From Anolis carolinensis (Eukaryota): a stretch of DNA of 64,000 bases. Each line of letters starts with the position of its first letter. The first letter of the stretch is position 1. The notes beneath the pieces were generated by a model. It was not told where the DNA came from. It made no database searches and saw nothing but the letters and a program-made list of their open reading frames with translations. Location: NCBI RefSeq assembly GCF_035594765.1, contig NC_085842.1:19072782-19136781 (forward strand), read 5' to 3'. Of this stretch, positions 22,323 to 35,978 are shown piece by piece. The position numbers and the translations under genes were made by a program.

Positions 22323-25300
22323 ATGGAAGGGGAAGAGCCAGCTGCCTCCCAGTTAGAAGTATGTTTTTCTACTATTGAGGAAGAGAACAATAAAGCATTC
22401 TGGGAGAACCCTTGGAGGAAAGACCAGGAGAGCAGTCCGCTCCATCCAGTCCTTCAGGGCCAGTGCTTCCAGCATTTCCGCTATGAGGAGGCCTTGGGGC
22501 CCCGGGAGGTTTGCAGCCGCCTCCACTCTCTCTGCCGCCTGTGGCTGAAGCCAGAGCGACACTCCAAGGCGGAGATGCTGGACCTGGTGCTCCTGGAGCA
22601 GTTCCTGGCCGTCCTTCCTGCGGAGATGGAGCACTGGGTGAGGGAATGTGGGGCAGAGACCAGTTCCCAGGCCGTGGCTTTGGCTGAAGGATTCCTCCTG
22701 AGTCGGGCAGAGGAGAGGAAGCAGGAGAAGCCCCAGGTAAGAGAGAGGTTCATCTTGTAGTTTCAAGGAACCAAGAATAATTGTTTTGAAGGATTTAAGA
22801 ATAATAGAAACAAGTTGGAATGAGTTCAGAGAAACATTAGGAAAGGAGGACCCTGGAAAAGAGACGTGGAGTGCCATGACTGCCCCCTTTGAATCCCCGA
22901 GGGCTCTCATGGAGAGGAGGGGGCAGTCCTCTCCATTCCCTAAGGTTGTATAATGAGCTGAAGTTATAGGATGGCAAACTTTGAAGATTAAAGGGAACAT
23001 ATTGGTAATTCCAGTCATGTGTATGTTATTCACAGGTAGAGATAGCGCAACAGGGACCTAAAAGCACCGACAATCAGACTTAGGTTACTCAGCCCGAGAG
23101 CCCCTCTAGGATAGCCCCAATTACAACCCCAGGATTACGTCAAGCACTTCCTTCATCTCTGTAGTAGCCCTTTTTCTTCAGATCAAGTCCTGAAGCAGAG
23201 TGCAATGCCCAAACAAAGGCAGAATTCCTACACCAAAATCAAGGAAAGAGAATGAAGAAAACCAGTCTTAGTGTGATACTCTAGGCTGCGTGAGCACTGG
23301 AAACCAGACACCAAAGCCAATAAACAATCTAATATCTTTATTAAAGAATTGAAGAAATAAAACAAAAATAAGCAGAATATATAGTCCATCAATAGACCTT
23401 CCGGGAAAGGTCAAATATAGTCTAGTATTATAAAGTCCAATGTCCAATATTAGAATTTTAAGATGAAAATCCAGTTAACCAAAACACACTCAAACTTCCA
23501 AGCAGTTTGAGTGGGGAATAATCCAGATCTTAAGCAAGAGTTCCAAGGAAACCAGTCCAAAGGCAAGAAATTCAAGACAAGGCAAGGCTGGAAGTAGAGG
23601 ATCCAAACGTGATCCGGACTTGACTCGAAGGCGAGGCGTTGCGCCCAGTCTACACACGAGTAAAATGCCACAAGGACTAGAGGCGACGTTAACACTCCAA
23701 CTGACATGTTGACACCGCGCTGGCTGGCCAGCGCGCAGAACTTTTAAGGGACTTCAAATCTCCCTTCAAAACAGGTGTCCAACACTTTTCCCAGGGGCAC
23801 AAACAGGCTAAAGACAACATCTTCACCAGATGCGAGCCTCCCTGGAAACTCTCAAGGGAAACGGGTTAATCAACATTCTCTCTGGCAGCTAATCTCGCGC
23901 TTCTCCTCAAGCTATCCTTCTCAGAGCGACTTGATTCCCAAAACATCCTCCGTAGAAAAGGAGGGGAAACGCTGGGAACAGGCTCGGCTTCAAGGGCTTT
24001 CTTAATGAGCTCTGGGCTTGAATTGTCAACAGGGAGCATCTGGAAGGAAGCGGACTCTTGCTGAGTCGGCATAAACCCTATATCCTCATCGCTCTGGTCC
24101 GCAACGAATACAGGGTCATGACCTGAAGGTCTCTGTGACATCACACTTAGTCCCAAGCGGTCTGGAAACGATTGCAGAAAGAGAGCCCTCCCTCCTTTTC
24201 TAATCTTTATTTTTCTTTGTGATCTGTGATTCTTGTTCAGGTGCAGGACTCTTGTACAGATGGGATCAACCAGGTGGAGGAGTCTCCTTCAGACACCATG
24301 TGCGTTGCCCAGATTGGAGAAGGCAAATCTATCACAGTTGGTAAGGGATGGCCAGTGGTCCGTCTTGCTTGCTCACCTCCTCTTGAGTAGACCTGAAATG
24401 TCTGAGCTGTGTGAACTGAAAAAAATTGGGAAGCCTGGGAGTTTAAAATGCTGTTGACAGGAGACATTTCTCCATAATACTTATTTGTGCCACTTTATTT
24501 ATTATTTATTTCCATCATTTCTATCCCGCCCTTCTCACCCGAAAGGACTCAGGGTGGCTTACAAAACTGGCAGAATTTGATGCCAATACACAACAATACA
24601 AAAGAATAAAACATAAGCAGTTAAAAACAGAGTAAAAACAATACAAAATACTTGAGCCATTCATCCACAGAACCTTGTACATAAACCTTAGTTCAGACCA
24701 AGTCAAAGCCAACAAAACATATTCTTTGAACACTTGCTCGCATAGCCAGGTCTTCCCTCAAAAGGGATGGAGTCTGCCGGATGTCACTTGGGAGGGAGTT
24801 CCACAGCCGAGGAGCCACCACTGAGAAGGCCCTGTCTCTCGTCCCCGCCAGCCACACTTGTGCGGCTGGTGGGACCGAGAGCAGGGCCTCCCCTGAAGAT
24901 CTTAAATTATGTTGTAGGTCATAGTGGGAGACACGTTTGGACAGGTAAGCTGGGCCAGAACCGTTTAGAGCTTTATAGGCTAAAGCCAGCACTTTGAATC
25001 GTGCTTGGTAGCTAATCGGCAGTCAGTGAAGCTGACGTAACAGAGGTTTAGTGCTCTCCCTGTACGCTGCTCCAGTTAACAACCTGGCTGCCTTCCGTTG
25101 GACTAATTGAAGCTTCCGAACAGTCTTCAAAGGCAGCCCCACGTAGAGTGTGTTGCAGTAGTCTAATCAGGATGTAACAAGAGTGTGGACCACCATGGCC
25201 AAGTCCAGCTTCTCAAGGTACGGGTGGAGCTGCCGCACAAGTTTTAGCTGTGCGAAGGCTCCCCTAGGCACCGCCAAGACCTGGCTGACCAGGAGGGCCT

Positions 25301-28300
25301 CTGTCTTGTCTGGATTCAATTTCAATTTGTTGGCCCTCATCCAGTCCGACACAGCGGCCAAGCACCGGTTCAGGACCTGGACAGCCTCCTTAGTGACAGG
25401 TGGAAAGGAGTGACAGAGTTGGACATCATCTGCATACAGATGACACCTCACCCCGAAACTCCAGATGATCTCTCCTAGCGGCTTCATGTAGATATTAAAC
25501 AACATGGGGGACAGTACAGAGCCCTGCGGGACCCCACAAGACAATGGTTGTGGGGCTGAGCAGGAGTCCCCCAATGGCACCATCTGGGACCGACCCTCCA
25601 GGAATGAGTGGAGCCACTGCAAAGCAGTACCTCCAAGGTCCATCTCCGCAAGGCGTCTCAGAAGGATACCGTGGTCATCGGTATCGAAGGCCGCTGTGAG
25701 GTCCAACAGAACCAGCAGGGACTCACTCCTAAGGTGACCAAGGCTGTCTCGGTACCAGATCTAGAAAATCAGTGTCCTCCAAGAATGCCTGGAGTTGTGA
25801 GGCAACCACACGTTCCACGACCTTGTCCAGAAAGGGGAGTTGGAAATGGGCCGAAAGTTACCCAATTGAGTGGGGTCCAGTGATGGCTTCTTCAACAGCG
25901 GTTTGATCACAGCCGTTTTTAGGCTCATTGGAAACTTGCCTTCCCGGAGGGAGGCATTCACCAAAGTTAATAACTTTAAGTTAAGCAACTTTCAAAGTTA
26001 CTTAATTCCTTTGCTTCTGTCTGGATGTTTATGGTGGTGAATGTGCTCTTGGCTACATTGGCACAAATATAGAAACAAATAGAGTCACCCTCTACGTTTC
26101 CTGGGAATAGATCGCAACCCCCCTGGAAAACAGAATAGTCCACATTAAAGACCTGGGAACAAGGAGGGAGTTTAAAAAAGCATCACCGGGCAAGGGGAGA
26201 GTGGCAGGCTTCGGAGGGAAGGAACTGTAGGGCAGCCTGGAAAAGGTCTCACCCTCCCCAATGTCTTTCCTCTCTTTCACAGGCAGTGAAACATGGCCAA
26301 GTGATAGTAGCACAACTTTTCACGATTCTTTCCTAAGAAGAGATTCTGCGGAACCAGATCAGGTAGGCAGCAGGATCCCGGGAGGGGAGGGGAGGGAAAG
26401 CCAGGTCTCTTGGTTCCTTGACTATTGCCCTGCCTCTAAATGAACCTCTCTTTTCTACATTCCTTCAATGCAAGATGTTTTCAATAAATGACATAATCAA
26501 AGACATTAATCACAAATTGCCTGTTTTTTCTGACTTAGTTGGCATTTTCTCCTTGCAGATAACATTTTTTCCCTTTCAGGTGACTTTTGAAGATGTGTCT
26601 GTGGATTTCTCAGAGGAGGAGTGGGCCCTCTTGGATCCGAGCCAAAAAGCCTTGCACCAGCAAATCATGGAGGAGAATCTGGGGATTGTGTCATCTCTGG
26701 GTAAAGCTCCATTATGCTTGTAGCTAACCAAATCCGTTTACAAGTTCTAAAAACAGATGGGTAGCCAGTGGAGCCGTGGCAGCCATGTGTGAGATTACAA
26801 ATTGCAAAGTCTCTTGATGGGGAGATGATCTTCATCTCTAGAAAATTAGTCTTTGGCCCATCTCTGCCCATCTTTTGCAGTTCCACCATCACCCAAACGG
26901 TATCGCAGTTAAAGCTCACTGACTTTTTGCCCTGGGATAATGCAATCTGCTGTTGAGCATTTGAAGCAGAGCGTGACGTTTCCCTGCGGCCATTCTCCAT
27001 CATCTTCCATGTCTAGCTCCCCTCTTCCAGCTGACATTCGACCGGGACCCAGAGCTGTCTCAATCGCTGTTGACGCTTTTTTTGGCCACCTTGGAAGGAG
27101 GGAAAGTCTTCTGTTGCTGGGGCATGGTTCCTCTAGCCTTGGAAAGTCCCCTCCAACAATTCACGGCTCTATACCCCTCCTGGCCACACGTGCAGCATGT
27201 TCCTCTTCTTCCTTTCCTCTCCCGACTGCTTGACCTGGCCTGTGAAGAGGGAGTCACCCCCGAGATTCTCGGCTGTGTTTTTCCTCACTCATCATCTCTG
27301 GGTGTCCTCTTAACTTGTTCTTGATTGCGCTCGACTCTTCCGGTGAGCATGATCTATTATTCCAAGGTACTGGGTTACCTCGGTGTAGTGCCTACTCCAG
27401 AACCCCCAAACTAATGTAACCCCATACGGCACAGGCTGAATCCCTATTTCCTTATCTGCCTTATGACACACCAATAGAACCTCTTATCTTCTCTGGATTA
27501 AGTTCTCCATCCCATTACTGGTGGGAGACATTGGTTTAGTTGGAAAGGAGGAGTAGAGCTTGGTGTCACCTGTAGATAGATGGCACCACACTCCAAAACT
27601 CTGAATGAGTTCTCCCGTATATGTGTTAATTGCATAGGGGACAAAACAGATGATGGGGGATCCCACAGGCAATGGGCAAGGGATTGAACAGGAATCTCCC
27701 AGCAAGGCAACCCGGAAAGGTACCATCGTTGATGATAATGAGAACTACTGCCTTCCACTTTGTAGAACATTATTATGTTTTCCATTGAGATGCAGGATCT
27801 CGTGTTTATGTCCAAAGTAGGATGACCTCAGTTTGACCCCCTCAACTCTCTAGGAGTATTTCCTCCAGTTCACGCTGTGTGCAGCCTCCAGGAGAGAGCA
27901 GGGCTGAACATGCCAGGCATTGAAGAGAAGTGAATCAACGTTCATGCAACCCATTTCTCCCTCTGTATAGACACTTATTTTTGTCTTTGGGGCCAAAGTC
28001 CCAAGAGGAGTGGCCTTGTTAAAAAGATGTAGCCAGTATTTTATCTTGGTCCATGAAGGGTTTATGTACCAAGTTTGATCCAGTTCTTTCAAGCCATTTA
28101 GGAGTCTTTGCAGTCCATACATACACACCTTGATTTATGTATAAATAGATTTTTTCATACACAAATACATACAATACATTCAAATCCAGGCTTGTGAAAC
28201 TAACAATATAAAAAATTAGGGAGTGCTTTTTACAAAAAAAAAATCAGGGGTTAAAATGGGAGAAATGACATTTAATCATGTAAGTGTCAGGAGCTGATTT

Positions 28301-29958
28301 CTGCTGTTCGGGAAGTCAAAGCCTCTCCATGAGAGCTCGGAGTCAGCCAGGGGTGTCAGTGGAGACGTTTGAGAGCAGATGAATGGACTAACTTTTCTCG
28401 TGGGGAAAAAATGATAAGGATGTTGTAGGCGTGGAGTGAGATTGGAAGGAAAGAAGGGGTGTTAGTCAAAATCGCCATTAGCTCTTTTTTCTTGGAGCTG
28501 TAAAGGTCTGAGTAATAAAGCCAAATCCAAAAGACTTTTGTGAGTGGCCAAAGTTGTTAACTAGACCCTTCAGGGAGTGAAAATAAGGAGTGACAAAAAA
28601 GAGAGAAGGTCAAACACCAAACCTTTGCAGCTTCAGTCAGTCCTTTTTAAAATGGCGACTTTATTCTGGCTTCTAATCTGAATTTGGATGTTTGCTCTTC
28701 TGCCTGATGCCATGAGGTTAAGTTCACCTATTTTTGTGGCATCAGGCAGATGAAGGGTTTTTACTTTCTGTGGGAAAGGGCTGTCTCAACTAAATGCATT
28801 TTGGAATTTTTATATTTTTAAACTTTAATATAAGCTTTGCTTTTCAACACCATTCACACAGGAGAAAGGCCATTGAAATGGTTGCAGTGTAAAAAGAGCT
28901 TCAATCAAAAGAAACGCCTTATTCATCAGGCAACTCACAAAAGAGAAAGGCTGTGCAAATGCTTGCAATGTGGAAAGAGCTTCAGTCACAAGAATGTCCT
29001 TATTATTCATCAGGCAACTCACACAGGGGAGAAGCCATTTAAATGCTTGCAGTGTGGAAAGAGTTTCAGTCGCAAGCACGACCTTATTAGTCATCAAACA
29101 ACTCACACAGTAGAGAAGCCATTTGAATGCCTGCAGTGTGAAAAGAGCTTCAGTCTAAAGGGAAGCCTTATTCGTCATCAGGCCACTCACACAGGAGAGA
29201 AACCATTCAAATGTTTGCAGTGTGAAAAGAGCTTCAGTCGGAAATCATACCTTATTCGTCATAAGGCATCTCACACAGGAGAGAAACCATTTAAATGCTT
29301 GCAGTGTAAAAAGAGCTTCAGTCAAAAGCAGCACCTTATTACTCATCAGGCAACTCACACAGGAGAGAAGCCATTTCAATGCTTTCAGTGTGAAAAGAGC
29401 TTCAGTCTAAAGGGAAACCTTATTAGTCATCAGGAAATTCACAAAGGAGTGAAGCCATTTCAATGCTTGCAGTGTAAAAAGTGCTTTAGGCGCAAGAACA
29501 TTCTTATTAGTCATCAGGCAACTCACACAGGAGAGAAGCCATTTCAATGCTTTAAGTGTGAAAAGAGCTTCAGTCTAAAGGGAAACCTTATTAGTCATCA
29601 GGAAATTCACAAAGGAGTGAAGCCATTCAAATGCTTGCAGTGTGAAAAAAGCTTCAGTCACAAGCACGTCCTTATTCGTCATCAGGCAATTCACACAGGA
29701 GACAAGCCCTTTCAATGTTTGCAGTGTGAAAATTGCTTCAGTGAAAAAAGCAGTCTTATACGTCACCAGGCAACTCACACAGGAGTGAAACCATTTCAGT
29801 GCTTGCAGTGTGAAAAGAGCTTCAGTCAAAAGGTAAATCTTATTCGTCATCAGGCCACTCACACAGGAGAGAAGCCATTTAAATGCTTGCAGTGTGGAAA
29901 GAGCTTCAGTCGAAACTCACACCTTGTTTGCCATCAGGCAACTCACAAGGGAGAGTAA
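22323..29958 (+). CDS. SCAN-KRAB-C2H2 zinc-finger protein, copy B (predicted 603 aa, 12 fingers)
   Basis: Exons 22323-22736, 24241-24340, 26283-26362, 26580-26700, 28862-29958; all GT-AG and in phase; sum 1812 nt. Confidence 0.85.
23272..24145 (-). mobile_element. Gypsy-type solo LTR (874 bp) with a 91-aa ORF (24141-23866)
   Basis: tgtga...tcaca termini; TSD CTTAG; empty site at 8560 in A; minus-strand AATAAA ~23340. Confidence 0.9.
24510..25963 (-). mobile_element. L2 LINE (paralog of 9245-10897)
   Basis: RT motifs [10 protein letters not shown] and YADD; same 5' junction as in A. Confidence 0.9.
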
Positions 29959-30571
29959 CCATTTAAATGCTTGCAATGTGAAAAGGGCTTCAGTCACAAG
30001 CACACCCTTATAGTCATCAAGCAACTCACACAGGAGTAAAGCCTGTTAAAGGATATCAGTGTGAAAAGAGCTTCAGTCACAAGCACGTCCTTATTAGTCA
30101 TCAGGCAACTCACACAGGAGAGGAGCCATTTAAATGCTCAGTGTGAAAAGAGCTTCAGTCGGAAATCACACCTTGTTTGTCATTAAGCAACTCAAGGCGG
30201 AGTAAAACTATCTGTTTTCCATCTGTCGTTAGTGCTTTGAATGCGATTTCTTGCTTCTTGGCAGGGGTTTGGACTGGACAACCCATGAGGTCTCTTCCAA
30301 CTCTACTATTCTACTAGAGTGTGTAAAGATCTGCAGTTGAAACACAAGCCTTCTTTTTTAATTGTCAACCTATACGGAAGAAATGGGGTAAAGTGGGCAT
30401 GAATCTTTGTTATAGAAACACTAAGTTAAAAAGCAATGGCTTTTGGGGAAAATAATAATCGGACCAATATCTCATTAAGCATAACTAATATTTTGAGAGC
30501 TAAAGGAAGGATATTTCAAGTTTTCTTTTAGCCATTCATGAACATTGGTTACTGCAAATATTTCCTGTCAT

Positions 30572-31377
30572 TGTGATGTCTCATGGGCCTTGTAGTCCCG
30601 TTCCTAGTGCTATTGTGGCAGACGAGGAGGAAAACATGGGATTTCCACCGGTTCAGTTTGAAACGGAGCCTCTCCACCTGGAGGATGTTTGTCCTCAGGA
30701 AGTTACCCAAACAAGCTTTGGGCAGAATTCTCCCCCGTTTTCCCGAAAGGACAATTATAATAGAGATAGAGGAGTCAGGGAGGCTAATCGCCGGAGTCTC
30801 AGAATCGCTGCCAAACAACTAGCTGATTAAATCTGCTTCCCTTGGGAAATTCTAAGGAGTCATGCATCTGAACAGAGTTGGGTTTCGCTTCTTGTTCTCC
30901 AGGGAAAGTGTTCTGTTGGCGGGAAAACAAGACCCTATATAGGGGTTCAATTGATCAGCTTGAGAGAGAGATCGTGTGTGGACTTCGTACTCCTTGTTCC
31001 CTGCTTCCCGGATCTAGTTTCAAGTCTTGCCTTGTCTCACTTTTGCCACGGACCTTGTTTCATGCTTCAAGTTGCCACGTTTCAAGTCTTTGATCCAGCC
31101 AAGAATCAAGCTTCAATGGACTAAAAGACCTTGTCATCTCCCCACACTATTGCTTGGCAAAGTGTGTGTTTCGGTTAATGGATTATAACTTTGAACTCTA
31201 ATATCTTATATTGGACAATATTTTCCTGGACTATATTTGGCCTTTCCTGAAAGGTCTGCTTCTGAACTATATTCTTCACTTGTTTTTATTGACTTTATAT
31301 AATTCTTTAATAAAGATATTAGATAGAATCTGGTCTCTGCGCATGGTTATTGGTGCTCTGCAGCCTGGGTCCTGACA
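30572..31377 (+). mobile_element. Gypsy-type solo LTR (806 bp), copy B-specific, in the 3' UTR region, with an 84-aa ORF (30576-30830)
   Basis: tgtga...tgaca termini; TSD GTCAT; AATAAA 31309-31314; empty sites at ~16275 (A) and ~50380 (C). Confidence 0.92.
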
Positions 31378-34300
31378 GTCATGTATATTCAGGGTTACTT
31401 TTGGACTTTACCTGGACATTGCAACACAATACTTCCATTCAGGTGGGGAAATCACCTCTCCCTATCCTTGGGGAAGAACCAGTTTCACCACCCTGCGCCT
31501 TTGATGAACAGGACTTCTCGCATCAGAAGGAATCTGCATGACTACAGCCAAACCCCAACCTCTGTCATTTTGCATAATTGTATTAATATATTATGTTTTG
31601 TTTCTCTGGGGCCTGGAATCACCAGCCCAGCCCTATTAATGGGCCATGTCATGTACATCTAATAAGACAATAGCATTCCTGGGTAGGGCCAGAAAATGCC
31701 CTCAATCACTTTGTTATTTTTCCTGTTCAGTAAAAGGAGCCCCATTCATCAATGCTTAATCATCCCTTGTCCCAGCCCATGCTGGCCAGTGAGCCAAGCC
31801 CCTCTCTGTGACTGGTCAGAATTCAAGGCTTGGCTGCAGGCTATGTATAAAAAGGGCTCTGAAACTGTATTCTGTATGCTATCTACTTTATGAATGTATC
31901 ACTAGCTAACATCTTACCTGCAGATAATAACATTTTCCTTGGCTGAAAATCACCTTCTCTCCTTGCTTGCTGGCTAATTTCAGTTGGGCCTAATCTATTT
32001 GCTCACCAAAGCAGGGACTCACTCAAAATGGGCAGCTCAGGTGGATCACTTGCCTGGGTTTCTGCCAACAGGCTTCTCCCTGGTCTCACTGCCAGGGGTT
32101 GCCTCCTAAAATGGGGCCAACAAGTATCTTAGGTGATCCCTCGTAGCTCGAGGACGATTGTCTTCCATCCTTGGTGTCTTGGGGGTGGGTTCTTAAGTGG
32201 CTGAAGAGACCTATTCTTGACCCGCATTCTCCCGCAGTGAGAACATCGGTTTCCAGGTGGAAGGCGGTCCCAGTCGGGGTTAGCTTGACGCTCCTTCCTC
32301 TTGGCACGTTTCTCCCTTGAGCCCTCTGTTCGTGCCTCTTCGAACTCCGCAGCACTGCTGGTCACAGCTGACCTCCAATTAGAGCGCTCAAGGGCCAGGG
32401 CTTCCCAGTTCTCAGTGTCTATGCCACAGTTTTTAAGGTTGGCTTTGAGCCCATCTTTAAATCTCTTTTCCTGCCCACCAACATTCCATTTCCCATTCTT
32501 GAGTTCAGAGTAGAGTAGCTGCTTTGGGAGACGGTGATCGGGCATTCGGACAACGTGGCCAGTCTAGCGGAGTTGATGGCGTAGGAGCATCGCTTCAATG
32601 CTGGTGGTCTTTGCTTCTTCCAGCACGCTGACATTTGTCCACCTGTCTTCCCAAGAGATTTGCAGGATTTTCCCGAGGCAACGCTGATGGAAACGCTCCA
32701 GGAGTTTGGTGTGACGTCTGTAGACAGTCCACGTTTCGCAGGCGTAGAGCAGGGTTGGGAGGACAATGGCTTTGTAAACAAGCACCTTGGTCTCTCTAGG
32801 GATGTCCCGGTCATCAAACACTCTCTGCTACCTACGGAAAAATGCTGCACTCGCAGAGCTCAGGCGGTGTTGTATTTCAGTGTCAATGTTGACTTTTGTG
32901 GAGAGGTGGCTGCCAAGGTAGCGGAAATGGTCAACATTATCTAATGTGACACCGTTAAACTATAATCCTGGCATTGCAGAGGGATTAGCTGGTGCCTGTT
33001 GGAAGAGCACTTTGGTTTTCTCGATGTTCAGTGAGAGGCCGAGCTTCTCGTATGCTTCTGCAAAGGTGTTTAGAGTGGCTTGTAGGTCTTCTTTTGAATT
33101 CGCACAGACTACGTTGTCATCGGCATATTGGAGTTCTATAACAGATGTTGTGGTGACCTTGGTTTTTTGGCTTTCAGTCTGCTGAGGTTAAATAGCTTGC
33201 CATCTGTCCGATAGATGATTTCCACACCAGTGGGAAGCTTCCCATCAACAAGGTGAAGTATCATAGCGATGAAGATGGAGAATAAGGTAGGGGCAATAAC
33301 ACATCCCTGCTTGACACCTGATTCCACCTTAAATGGGTCACTTTGGGAGCCGTTGCTGTCCAAGACTGTTGCCATCATGTCATCATGGAGGAGCCGCAGG
33401 ATGTTCACAAATTTGTCAGGGCACCCGAATTTTTGGAGGATGGTCCAGAGAGCGCTGCGATTCACTGTGTCGAATGCCTTTGCAAGGTCAATGAATGCCA
33501 TGTACAAAGGTTTGTTTTGTTCCCTGCATTTTTCTTGGAGCTGTCGAGCAGTGAAGATCATGTCCACTGTTCCTCTGGAGGGACGGAAGCCATTCTGGGA
33601 TTCTGGGAGGGTGTCTTCTGAGACAGGGAGAAGGCGGTTTGCAAGGATTTTCCCGGCGGAGGTTAGAAGGGAGATACCACGATAGTTCCCGCAGTCTGTT
33701 CTGTCCCCTTTCTTGAAAAGGGTGATGATGGTGGCATCCTTGAAGTCTGCTGGGATTTTCTCGGTCATCCACACTTTTTCAATGAGCTGGTGGAGTTGTT
33801 GTATCAGCTCGGGTCCACCCTCTTTGAAGATTTCAGCAGGAATCCCATCAGGTCCGCTGGCTTTGTTGTTTTTTTGTTGGCTGATGGCATTGCTGACGTC
33901 TTCCAAACTAGGCAGTGCTGCAAGCTCATCCCTGGTTTGTTTTTGCGGGATTTATGAGAGGGTCTCTTCGGCCACATTGGAGCTGCGATTCAGCAGGTTC
34001 TGGTAGTGCTCTTTCCAACGTAGTGCAATTGATGTTTTGTCCTTCAGAATTTTGGTTCCATCTGATGAGCGTAGGGGCTGTATGCCATGGTTTCTTGGTC
34101 CATAAATGATATTTGTGGCTTTGAAAAATCTCTGAGCGTCATGGGTATCTGCAAGGTGTTGGATTTCTTCAGCCTTCTTTGTCCACCAGATGTTCTTGAG
34201 TTCTCTGGTCCTTCTTTGGACCTCAGCTTTTGCACTGGCATAGATCTTTTTCTTGGCAGCACAGTTGGTGTCTCTCTGCCATGTTTGGAAGGCTTTCCTT

Positions 34301-35130
34301 TTGTTATCAATTAGCTGTTGGATCTCTGTCGTTATCATCAAACCAGTCTTGATGTTTCTTAGTTTGGTATCCAATGGTTTCTTCACAGGCTGTGATGATG
34401 GAGGTCTTCAGTTTGTTCCAATGTTCCTCAACATTTTTGGGGTGTTCTGTGGGTAGATGATCTTTGAGTGTTGTTTGGAGAAGGGCTCGTTTGGAAGTCT
34501 CCTGAAGGCCTTGGGTGTTCATTTTGCGCCTTGTTTTTCTTCCTTGGAGTCTGCGTTTGGGGACGATCTTGATAGCCATCGTGGATCGGATTAACCTGTG
34601 GTCTGTCCAGCAGTCATCAGCACCTGTCATGGCTCTTGTGAGAAGCACATCGCGGCGGTCTCTGGCACGTGCGATAACATAGTCCAAGAGGTTCCAATGC
34701 TTTGACCGGGGGTGCTTCCATGATGTCCTGAGCTTGTTTTTCTGGCGGAAGAGCGTGTTGGTGATGACAAGGTTGTGCTCTCCGCCTTTGGTGAGAAGCA
34801 AGATGCCATTCGAGTTGCTGTTTCCGACCCCGTCTTTTCCTATTATCCCTGGCCACAGGTCAGAGTCCCTTCCGACTCTTGCATTAAAGTCCCCCAGGAG
34901 GATGATTTTGTCCTCCTTAGGTATCTCCGATAGGATGGTGTCCAGCTGACAGTAAAAAATTTCCTTGATGTCTTCGTCAGCATCTAGAGTTGGTGCAAAG
35001 GCGCATATGATGGTTGCCTGTTGGTTTTTGGCAAGGTTAATTCGGAGGGTTGAGAGTCGTTCGTTGATGCCAGTGGGTGCTTCAGTCAGGTGCTTCACCA
35101 GGTCGTTTCTTCGCTCTTCTTCAGGCAGTC

Positions 35131-35376
35131 ATAGAATCATAGAATAGTAGAGTTGGAAGAGACCACATGGGCCATCCAGTCCAACCCCCTGCTAAGAAGC
35201 AGGAAATCGCATTCAAAGCACCCCTGACAGATGGCCATCCAGCCTCTGCTTAAAAGCCTCCAAAGAAGGAGCCTCCACCATGGCCCCGGGGAGAGAGTTC
35301 CACTGTCGAACAGCTCTCACAGTGAGGAAGTTCTTCCTGATGTTCAAGTGGAATCTCCTTTCCTGTAGTTTGTAGT
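35131..35376 (-). mobile_element. CR1 3' fragment nested in the RTE, copy B only
   Basis: (attctatg) tail; flanking CAGTC duplication; empty site at ~54140 in C. Confidence 0.85.
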
Positions 35377-35978
35377 CAGTCCCTTCCAGAAGAAGGTGTA
35401 GCCTCCCTTTTCTTCCTTCAGCTGTCCCTCTCCTGCTCTCCGGATCTCCTGAAGGGCTGCTATGTCGATCTTAAAGCGTCCCAGCTCCCTTGCAATGATA
35501 GCAGTCCTGCGTTTGGGCGTTCGCTGTCAGTGTTATCTAACAATGTCCGTACGTTCCATGTTCCAAAGTTCATTTTTCTTTTTTGGCCGCAGAGTGGTGA
35601 CCCCTCTGGACGCGGCAGTCCAGTCAGGGTAGGAGAGGCAGACTATGTTTAGGGCACCTTTTCTAGCCCCTTCCCCGTGTGGGTGAGCAGAGCGGATCCT
35701 AAAAAGGGCTGCTCAGTCATGGATACAGCTGCCGGACTACTCAACTGCCTCGGTCCTTGAGGTAGAACGACTGAGTCCATATCCACTGCCCATGTGCCAG
35801 TCTCTGACTAGGGGCTTCCAGATTTCACAGTCCTGCCCCCGTCGCCACTCGCTGATCGCCATGGGGCTTTTGTAGGTTTGTTTTTATTTTTGTTGGAAGA
35901 CGCCTGTGTGTGATTTTTTTTAATGTGTGGAGGTCGGTGCACAGCCGGTCAACACACAGTCTTCACAGAGTGAGGTTC

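Noticed and set aside
22353-23033. 185-226 aa ORFs antisense to the SCAN exons
   Set aside because: Typical shadow of a GC-rich coding exon; shared only through recent duplication.
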